A stretch of DNA of 63,783 nt, the filler included, from Reclinomonas americana ATCC 50394 (taxonomy: Eukaryota): NCBI GenBank assembly GCA_048213135.1. It is 29 parts of 29 records of this genome, joined end to end, with 100 filler letters (N's around TTAATTAATTAA, not from the genome) between each part and the next. Parts side by side here need not be neighbours in the genome. Positions count along the whole stretch, not along the records: positions 55,616 to 56,806 come from AFZH01024866.1; positions 56,907 to 58,217 come from AFZH01024867.1; positions 58,318 to 59,961 come from AFZH01024868.1; positions 60,062 to 62,557 come from AFZH01024870.1; positions 62,658 to 63,783 come from AFZH01024893.1; 24 more parts are not named here. One strand, given 5' to 3'. The translations under genes were made by a program, and so were the position numbers. A model generated the notes under the pieces. That model was not told the DNA's origin and did not search any database. It saw only the letters and a program-made list of their open reading frames with translations. Of this stretch, positions 55,670 to 63,783 are shown piece by piece. Positions within the stretch are counted from its first letter, which is position 1. Each line of letters begins with the position of its first letter.

Positions 55670-56572
55670 TCATCGTGTCAGCGGCGGGTACACCCGGTGC
55701 AGGAACGTGCGCACGGTCTCGGTCCACGCCTCTGCCTCCTCGATCTGCGGGGAGTGACCCGACTTCTCGAACACGACCATCTCGGAGTCCGGGATGAGGT
55801 CGGCGATCACCTGGCTACACGATACTGGCGTGATCCAGTCGGTCCGGCCCACGGTGATGAGTGTCGGCACCGCGATCTCGGGAAGACGCGGCTTCAGGTC
55901 GTAGTTCGGGAGGTTCACCGAGAATGCGTAGTTGTGGGCGCGGTACCGGTACGGCGTCGCCTGGACCTTCCGCTCGACGGCATCCGGGTCGTACACGAAG
56001 TCGTACAGGGGCAGGATCTCGCGCCAGCAGTCCTTCAGGTCCTCATCGTCGCGGACCTGGCCGACATCGATGCGATCGAACTTCTCCATGTCGATCGTCA
56101 CGCGGTCGGAGGCCAGGGCGTTCTCGCGGGCGAGGTGCGCGTTGGAGTTGTCGGCCGACGTGTCCCGCAGCACGATCGCCGCGACGCGGTCCGGGTAGCG
56201 CAGTGCGTACTCCATCGTCATGAATCCGCCGTACGATCCGCCGGCCATGACGATCTTCTCGGCTCCGATCCACTCGCGCAGACCGTCGATGTCGGCGGCC
56301 CACTGCTCGTGGCTGTACGTTCCCTCCCCCTCGCTCTGCCCGCTCCCCCTGGCATCGAAGACCACGACGCGGTACTCGTCGGCGAGACGGCCGAAGCTCG
56401 CACGCGGCTCCGCCCTCGACCCCAGTCCGGGGGCACCGTGATGCGTGATGATGACCGGAGCGCCCTCAGGACCGAGCACCTCGACCGCCAGATGGTTGCC
56501 GTTGATCTCGACCCATTCGTAGGCGCTCGTCGCGGCGGCGAACTCCGGGGAAACCGGCGGGGTGGATGTCAT
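55670..56572 (-). CDS. Alpha/beta hydrolase, proline iminopeptidase-like (bacterial)
   Basis: HGAPG, FDARGSGQS, nucleophile elbow GGSYGG, FEKSGHSP. Confidence 0.9.
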   Translation of the reverse strand: MTSTPPVSPEFAAATSAYEWVEINGNHLAVEVLGPEGAPVIITHHGAPGLGSRAEPRASFGRLADEYRVVVFDARGSGQSEGEGTYSHEQWAADIDGLREWIGAEKIVMAGGSYGGFMTMEYALRYPDRVAAIVLRDTSADNSNAHLARENALASDRVTIDMEKFDRIDVGQVRDDEDLKDCWREILPLYDFVYDPDAVERKVQATPYRYRAHNYAFSVNLPNYDLKPRLPEIAVPTLITVGRTDWITPVSCSQVIADLIPDSEMVVFEKSGHSPQIEEAEAWTETVRTFLHRVYPPLTR

Positions 56573-56600
56573 GTCGTCCTCTTTCTCGAGATCGGATGCG

Positions 56601-57641
56601 TCAGAGCGCGATGGTGCAGTCGTCGAGACCGCGGGGGAAGGTCGTGAGCGCCTCAGCGCCGTCGTCTGTCACGAGCATGCTGTCGCTGATGCGGTAGCCC
56701 GCATGGCCCGGCACGTAGATGCCGGGTTCGTTCGACACGACCATGCCCGCCTCGAGCGCGGTGGCGTCGCCGTCCTCCAGCCACGGCGCCTCATGCATGC
56801 CGAGGCNNNNNNNNNNNNNNNNNNNNNNNNNNNNNNNNNNNNNNNNNNNNTTAATTAATTAANNNNNNNNNNNNNNNNNNNNNNNNNNNNNNNNNNNNNN
56901 NNNNNNCATGAAGGTGTCTCCCGCTTTCAGCCGGTTGACGGAGGGCAGACCGTGGGGGAAAGCAGAGTTCGCCCCGGAGTAGACCAGCCCGCCCGCGAGC
57001 AGCGAGGCGACGACCACGTTGCGGTGCTCCGCGTACATCAGGGCGGTGCCCGTCGACGTCACGTGACGCTCGAGCTCGGCCTCGGTGGGCAGGTCGCCGC
57101 CGGCGGCGACCGCGTCGGAGACGAGCTGCACGCCCGCGTCCAGCATCCGATCGGTGATGCGCGCCGCCTCGCGGTGCAGGGCGACCTCCTCGGGGAACTT
57201 CACGTAGCGGGCTCGGGTGAGAAGGTCGGACCCGAGGAGCTCCGCACCGCTCATCGCGGCCCGCGCGGCCGCGAGGCGCTCGTAGGGCATGGTCGAGGCG
57301 AAGCCGACTCGGCCCCGGGGCGCCACCGCGTTCGCGAGCACCTCGAACGGCGAGACGACTCCGGGGAACTCGAAGAACGCGACGAGTTCCGCACGTGCCG
57401 ACTGCGACTGCGCGTACTCCCGCTCGAGCTCCGGCAGGAGCATCACGACCCGTCCGCCGGCCTCGATCCAGATCGCCACCGGCCGCTCCGACGGGTGGTG
57501 GAAGAACCCGGTGAGATAGGCGATGTCCTCCGGGTGGTCGGTCAGGAAGGCGTCGAAGCCCTCCTCCGCCATACGATCGCGCACACGGGCCTGCACCCGG
57601 TCGAAGAACGCAGGGTCGAGACGCTGGTCGAACACGGTCAT
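56601..57641 (-). CDS. Xaa-Pro peptidase (M24 family), split by the assembly gap 56807-56906
   Basis: N part: creatinase-N domain, RYVKFPEE, SGANSAFPHG. C part: LGMHEAPW...SNEPGIY...GYRISDSMLVT. Confidence 0.9.
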
Positions 57642-57650
57642 GTCGGCCTC

Positions 57651-58217
57651 CTAACGGGCGAGATGGCGCGGGTTGCGCGCGTCGTTGTAGGCGATCGACA
57701 GGAGCGTCGCCGAGAGCACGAGGACCAGGATCGCGATGGACGGGAAGAGCGTCAGCCACCACGCGCTCACCATCGCACCCGCCTGTTGCGCCTCGTAGAG
57801 GATGCGCCCCCACGACCACGTGGTCGGATCCCCCAGACCGAGGAAGGCGAGGCCCGCGGCGGAGAGCACTGCGCGAGACGCCGTCACCACGACCGACACG
57901 ACCACCACCGGGGTGACCGCAGGGAGGACGTGCCGCGAGATGATCCACAGCGGCGATGTCGTCATGAGCCGCGACGCGTCGACGTACGGCAGGCCGACCA
58001 CCGTGAGCGCCTGGGAGCGCACGAGGCGCGTGACCTCTGGCCAGGAGAACGCCGCGACGACGAAGATGATCGTCGAGGTGCTGGGACCCACGAGCGCGGC
58101 GATCAGGATCATGAGCGGCAGCACGGGCAGCGAGAGCGTCATGTCGACGATCACGCTGATGATGCTGTCGAGCTTGCGGAAGTAGGCGCCGATCACCGCG
58201 ATGATCGTGCCGAACAC
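57651..58217 (-). CDS. Oligopeptide ABC transporter permease (OppC/DppC type), 5'-truncated
   Basis: RLVRSQAL...YVDASR...RHVLP, LAFLGLG...SWGRIL, WWLTLFP. Confidence 0.92.
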   Translation of the reverse strand: MFGTIIAVIGAYFRKLDSIISVIVDMTLSLPVLPLMILIAALVGPSTSTIIFVVAAFSWPEVTRLVRSQALTVVGLPYVDASRLMTTSPLWIISRHVLPAVTPVVVVSVVVTASRAVLSAAGLAFLGLGDPTTWSWGRILYEAQQAGAMVSAWWLTLFPSIAILVLVLSATLLSIAYNDARNPRHLAR

Positions 58218-58317
58218 NNNNNNNNNNNNNNNNNNNNNNNNNNNNNNNNNNNNNNNNNNNNTTAATTAATTAANNNNNNNNNNNNNNNNNNNNNNNNNNN
58301 NNNNNNNNNNNNNNNNN

Positions 58318-58508
58318 CCAGACGGCTCTACCTCGCCGCGGTCGGTGAGGGGTCCTGGGACAGCGAGGCCGTGCATCTGCCCGACCAGGACGCGGCGTTC
58401 GAGTATCTGCGCACCGAGCTCCGTGACGGAGACCGCGTGCTCGTGAAGTCATCCAATTCCGTGGGCCTCCGGCATCTCGGCGATCGTCTGGGAGAATTGT
58501 TCTCGTGA
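58318..58508 (+). CDS. murF: MurF C-terminal fragment
   Basis: ELRDGDRVLVKSSNSVGL. Stop overlaps the mraY start (GTGA), in dcw order. Confidence 0.9.
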
Positions 58509-59611
58509 GGTCTCTCATCATGGCGGCGGCGATCTCGCTCGCCTTCACCCTGTTCCTGACTCCCGTGTTCCTCCGGCTCTTCCGGAAGTGGGGGTGGGGG
58601 CAGGTCATCCGCACCCCGGAAGAGGTCGAGAACCCGAGCCACGAGGCGAAGCGCGGCACTCCGACGATGGGCGGGGTCATCTTCATCGCCGGTTCGATCG
58701 TCGGCTACTTCACCGGTGTCTTCGTCAGCGGCGAGGTGCCGGCGCTCTCCGCGCTCCTGGTGATCTGGCTGATGGTCGGCTTCGGCGTCGTCGGCTTCAT
58801 CGACGACTACATGAAGGTGCGCAGTCAGCGCAGCCTCGGCCTGTCCGGATGGCGCAAGATCATCGGCCAGCTGCTGGTCATCATCCCCTTCGGCATCGTG
58901 GCGCTGAACTTCCCGAACAAGTTCGGGCAGACCCCTGCCAGCGGGGCGATCTCGCTGTTCCGCGACTTCACGTGGCTGGATCTGTTCGCGTTCGGGGTCA
59001 TCCTCGGCTGGATCCTGTACCTCGCCTGGATCTCGATCATCGGCGTCGCAACCTCGAACAGTGTGAACCTGACGGACGGCCTCGACGGTCTGGCAGCAGG
59101 AGCAGGCGTGATCGTGGTCGGCGCCTACAGCCTGATCGCGTTCTGGCAGTTCAAGCAGCCCTGCATCGGCGGGGATCCCGACGCCCTCGGCGGGTGCTAC
59201 GAGGTGCGCGATCCGTTCAACCTCGCGATCATCTCCGCGTCGTTCGCGGCGGGCCTCATCGGCTTCCTGTGGTGGAACGCCCCCAAGGCCAAGGTCTTCA
59301 TGGGCGACGTCGGATCGATGGCGATCGGTGGCGTGATCACCGCGATGGCGATACTGACCCGCACGGAACTGCTGCTCCTCGTGATCGCCGGCGTGTTCGT
59401 CCTCGCCTCCGGTTCGGTGATCCTGCAGCGCACCTACTTCAAGATCACTCGCGGCAAGCGGCTGTTCCTGATGAGTCCGTTCCATCACCACCTCGAGATG
59501 CGCGGTTGGTCGGAGATCACGATCGTCGTGCGCATGTGGATCATCGCGGGTCTGCTCGCGGTGTCGGCCGTCGGCCTGTTCTACGTGGAATGGCTCACGC
59601 GTGTCGGCTGA
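58505..59611 (+). CDS. mraY: Phospho-N-acetylmuramoyl-pentapeptide transferase
   Basis: KRGTPTMGG, GFIDDY, NSVNLTDGLDGL, VFMGDVGS, MSPFHHHLE. Confidence 0.99.
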   Translation: MRSLIMAAAISLAFTLFLTPVFLRLFRKWGWGQVIRTPEEVENPSHEAKRGTPTMGGVIFIAGSIVGYFTGVFVSGEVPALSALLVIWLMVGFGVVGFIDDYMKVRSQRSLGLSGWRKIIGQLLVIIPFGIVALNFPNKFGQTPASGAISLFRDFTWLDLFAFGVILGWILYLAWISIIGVATSNSVNLTDGLDGLAAGAGVIVVGAYSLIAFWQFKQPCIGGDPDALGGCYEVRDPFNLAIISASFAAGLIGFLWWNAPKAKVFMGDVGSMAIGGVITAMAILTRTELLLLVIAGVFVLASGSVILQRTYFKITRGKRLFLMSPFHHHLEMRGWSEITIVVRMWIIAGLLAVSAVGLFYVEWLTRVG

Positions 59612-59961
59612 CCGGCTGAGCGCCCTCACGAGCTGGAACGCCGAATGGGCCGGGCTCCGCGCGGCGGTGCTCGGCCTGTCCATGACGGGATTCTCGGTGG
59701 CGGACACGCTCGCCGAGCTCGGTGCCGAGGTCCTCGTCCTCAGCGAGTCCGCCGAGGAGGAGTACGAGCGGCTGCTCCCCGTGATCGGCGCGGGACTCGA
59801 ACTGGGTTCTCTCGCCGAGGTCCCCGCCGCCCTCGTGGAGTTCCGTCCCGATGTCGTGATCGCCTCGCCGGGGTTCGCGCCGTCGCACCCGGTGATCCGG
59901 TGGGCGCAGGATGCCGGCATCGCGATCTGGGGTGACATCGAACTCGCCTGGCGTGTGCGCG
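59601..59961 (+). CDS. murD: MurD N-terminal fragment
   Basis: Follows mraY. AVLGLSMTG, VIASPGFAP, IWGDIELAWR. Confidence 0.93.
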
Positions 59962-60061
59962 NNNNNNNNNNNNNNNNNNNNNNNNNNNNNNNNNNNNNNN
60001 NNNNNTTAATTAATTAANNNNNNNNNNNNNNNNNNNNNNNNNNNNNNNNNNNNNNNNNNNN

Positions 60062-62557
60062 TGCCACGTTGGCTCTGGGACGATACGACGTATCGGAGGT
60101 GGACGGTCTCTCGCACGGCGTGGACGATTCGTTTGGCTTGCTTCGCGCGTTGGTCTCCAGCGGCAATGTGCTGCACGTGGGCTACAAGGGCGACTACACG
60201 GGCGGTGTTCATTTGGCCGACAGCGCGCTGGTGGTCGACGGGCACAAATCGGTGGGCATCGGCACCATGACGCCCGAATCGAGGTTACACGTCGACGGCT
60301 CCGTTCGTGTGCCAAAGGGATTGCCGACGACATCGGCCTCCAACAGCGCCGGTTATGGATTCATTGGCGATGGGTGGACGGGCATGTTTGCCAGTTGCGT
60401 CACCGTTTCTCTGTCTCTTCGCCGATCAGGACGCCGACTAACACGCGTTGTGCAGCTGATTCGACGGACCACACATTGACACAGCTATTTCTGACGGCCG
60501 GCGGCGTGCAACGGCTGGCTCTTCTCAATGATGCATCGCGACCGGTGGTGGTTCTCGGCGACGTGGACATTACCGGTAGCGCAATTCATCTGGCCACCTC
60601 GCCGGACCTGTCGCCAAATGGCGACAACACCGTGATGTCGATCGACAACACCGGGGCCGTGGTCATTAATCCGTTGCGTTGCTTTCGTGTTCAATGCTCC
60701 CTCTATCCACTGACACGTGCGCCGACTGCAGCTCCGACTCGTTCGACGGCGGCATCCGTTTCGGCACCGATCGCATTGTTGTGCCCGGCGGTACCTCGCG
60801 ATTTGTCGGCATTGGAGAGGTCAATCCGGCCGCCTCGCTGCACGTCAGTGGCGGCACACGCACCACCAAGGGCAAGCCTATAAGTAACGTGAGCGATTTC
60901 GGCTACGCCTTCGATGCCGACGGCGACACGGGTCTCTTTGCCGTCGGAGGTGTGTGTCTCTCTCCCATTGTATGTGCCATGTATCTTTCCTGGTCGTTTC
61001 GCATTGACGATTCCACGCAGGCGGCACAAGTAGCGGAAGCGAGCTCCATCTCATGGTCGACGGCTTCTCTCGTCTCGTGATCCCCAGCGACCCCAATCTG
61101 CCCATGTCGATTGCCGGCGATACGCAGCTGATCGGGTCTACTGTCCGTCTCGGCTCCAACATGCTGGTGGCCATGGAGGAACGCTCCGACACGCGCCTGA
61201 GTGTGAATCCACGTAACGAGTTTGTCGGTGGCACGGTGTTTGGCGCCGATCAGGCGTTCTTGGACGGCCCCACTGGCCACTTTGGCGTCGGCAATCTTGG
61301 TTTGGTGGCACTCGGCACGATCCAGTCGGCGGGCGGTGTGCGCGTGGCCAAGGGCCTGGCCACCACCGACACAGATGATGTGGGTCTCAGCTTTGGCGCC
61401 GATGGCGACACGGGCTTTTATGCCGTTGGCGGTGTGTGATCGAGTAGCGGTGCTCTGTTTGCGCGCACTTTCACAATACATACTGACCTACTATGTCATG
61501 TGCACAGGGACGACGTCGAGCGGCAGCACGTTGCATCTGCGCGTCGACGGCAGCTCACGCATTACCATTCCGCCATTGTCCACCTCGCCAGTGACCGTGA
61601 TTGGTGACGCGTTGATTACCAACACCAAAGTGTTCCTTGGCTCTGCCGCTCAGTTGGCGCTCGAGGATGTGGCGGGCGTGCAGCACACGCTTGTGGTGAA
61701 CAGTGGTGACTCGTTTGCCGGTGGTGTGATCCTCGGCAATCAGCGCGTCTCCGTCATACCATCCGGCGGTCTCACACGCGTGGGCGTCGGGCGGTCCGTC
61801 TCCGCAGCCCCCGCTGGTACCCTGCAATCTGAAGGTGGCATTCGTGCGAGCAAGGGCCTTCCACTCATGGACACTGACGACGTTGGCTACACGTTTGCAA
61901 GCGACGGCGAGACCGGCATGTTTGCCGTCGGAGGTGTGCGAGTGAGAAGGCCTTGTTGTTGTTCGTGCATTCTGCTGTGGCGACTCATCACAATCCGCAG
62001 GCGACAACTTTAGCTCCTCGTCGTTGCAGTTCGCCGTGGACGCGAACGTGCGTCTCAGTATTCCTCCACTGACAACTTCACCTCTTCGCCTGTTTGGTGA
62101 TGTGGCCATCACCGGCAGCACCATCACGCTGGGGCCATTGGACTCGGACGCTGTGACCTACTCGACCGTCAGTAACCGCCTTATTTTCAACCCGAACCTG
62201 GACTTCTCCGGTGGCTTCCAATTTGGCGACGTCATGATCCTGGAGACCGCCTTGAGTGACGGTTTCCTGGGAGTCGGTCGCGGACTGGCTCTCACCCCGG
62301 CGGCCACCATCCACTCTGCTGGTGGCGTGCGCGTGCGCAAGGGCGCTCCGACCTCGAACGAGGCCAATCTGGGTTACGCGTTCGACCTCGATGGAGACAC
62401 GGGCTTTTTCGCCGAAGGAGGTGCGTGCTAATGCACAATCCAATCTCCCACTGTGTGCCTGCCGCATGTAACCTCTTGAAAAATAGGGACGAGTTCGGAC
62501 GGCAGCGATTTGGTTCTCCGCATCGACAACCAGGTCCGTCTCCGCATCCCTCCCATC
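60062..62557 (+). CDS. Spliced repeat protein with five ~140-aa phage-tail-fibre-like units, both ends truncated
   Basis: Introns 60394-60455, 60673-60731, 60950-61020, 61432-61507, 61934-62000 and 62421-62486 give one open frame. Each unit carries [VF]G[IV]G...[LI][HQ]xxGG[VI]RxxKGxP....[VL]GYxFxxDG[DE]TG[LMF]FAxG. Confidence 0.85.
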
Positions 62558-62657
62558 NNNNNNNNNNNNNNNNNNNNNNNNNNNNNNNNNNNNNNNNNNN
62601 NTTAATTAATTAANNNNNNNNNNNNNNNNNNNNNNNNNNNNNNNNNNNNNNNNNNNN

Positions 62658-63783
62658 TGCGATTGGAATCACGAGGCGTCCACGTCACACCAGAGTCAGT
62701 GGAGATGTACAGTTGATCGTTGTTCGCCACAGCCGCCAGCTTCGTGCCGTCACTGCTGGAGGCCACTGCAGTCCAGCGGCGAGTGGAATCATGAGGCGTC
62801 CATGTCACACCCGAGTCAGTGGAGGTGTAGATCTGATCAGAGCTTGCTACAGCCACCAACTTGGCTCCGTCACTGCTGGAGGCCACTGCAGTCCAGCGGC
62901 GATTGGAATCACGAGCCGTCCATGTCACGCCAGAGTCCATGGAGGTGTAGATCTGATCAATGCTTGCTACAGCCACCAAATTGGTGCCGTCACTGCTGGA
63001 GGCCACTGCAGTCCAGTTGCGACCGGAATCACGAGCCGTCCATGTCACACCCGAGTCAGTGGAGGTGTAGATCTGATCAGAGCTTGCTACAGCCACCAAC
63101 TTGGCTCCGTCACTGCTGGAGGCCACTGCGGTCCAGTTGCGAGCGGAATCACGAGCTGTCCATGTCACACCAGAGTCAGTGGAGGTGTAGATCCAATCGC
63201 CTCGCGCTACGGCCACCAACCTAGTGCCACCGTTGCTGGAGGCCACTGATCGCCAACTGCGCGTCGATTCACGAGCAATCCATGTCACGCCCGAGTCAGT
63301 GGAGGTGTACAACTGACCCTCTCGCACAGCTGCAACAAGCTTGGTGCCGTCACTGCTGGAGGCCACTGCCTGCCAGGCACTCGTCCCATGTAGCCCTTCG
63401 GAAATCACCCCAGTCCACGTCACGCCAGAGTCAGTGGAGGTATACATCTGCCCGAGGCGAACCCCAGCCACCAACTTGGTGCCGTCACTGTTGGAGGTCA
63501 CTGATAGCCAGTCACGAGTGGAGTCACGAGACGTCCATGTCACCCCCGAATCAGTGGAAGTGTAAATCTGATCACTAATCGCCACAGCCACCAGCTTGCT
63601 GCCGTCACCGCTGGAGGTGACTGAATTCCAATCACGATTGGAGTCACGAGCTGTCCAGTTTGCACCGGAGTCGGTCGAAGTGTAAATCTTATCTCCAACT
63701 GCTGCAGCCATCAATTTGGTGCCGTCACTGCTGGAGGCCACTGATTGCCAACCGCGATTGGTCTCTCGAGCTGTCCATGTTTC
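62658..63783 (-). CDS. BNR/Asp-box repeat protein fragment (about nine 40-aa repeats, 120-nt period)
   Basis: WTARDSxRxWxAVASSSDGTKLVAVAxxDQIYTSTDSGVT repeated. Same repeat family as 15019-15640. Confidence 0.9.

Noticed and set aside
58318..59961. Peptidoglycan genes transferred to the eukaryote
   Set aside because: Intronless, operonic and on a separate contig with bacterial composition. Contamination is simpler.
60062..63783. Fibre-repeat gene and BNR-repeat gene as one locus
   Set aside because: Separated by a linker, and the first contig already fits the length series alone, so adjacency is not evidence.

Overview
This window is not one locus. It is 29 short contigs (about 1.0-2.55 kb) joined by an artificial N44-TTAATTAATTAA-N44 linker and sorted by decreasing length. 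Most contigs come from a GC-rich, very intron-dense microbial eukaryote (standard code; mostly 55-85 nt introns; CT[C/G/A]AC branch motif). Four contigs (26782-29314, 55616-56806, 56907-58217, 58318-59961) are intronless high-GC actinobacterial, Microbacterium-like DNA. Eukaryotic genes spliced by hand: long-chain acyl-CoA synthetase (20 donor sites, 9-18 nt micro-exons), RRP12 head-to-head with IPI1/TEX10, BRCC36 tail-to-tail with an SQPY-ending H2A, UBA1-like E1, F-box/LRR proteins, cadherin, FN3, EGF+BNR and POMP-repeat surface proteins, and a pseudogenised intron-containing DDE transposase. Best leads: (1) a spliced gene made of ~140-aa phage-tail-fibre-like repeats with a phase-1 intron at the same point of each repeat (60062-62557); (2) a recurrent register-shifted 5' splice site GTTGCG(T/C)/GTTTCGT used in many unrelated genes; (3) an RME-8-like helical domain fused to polyproline, WH2 and VASP-like actin-binding motifs; (4) a higher-order satellite with a conserved core. 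All family assignments rest on motif recognition by eye. No searches were run and the organism cannot be named.
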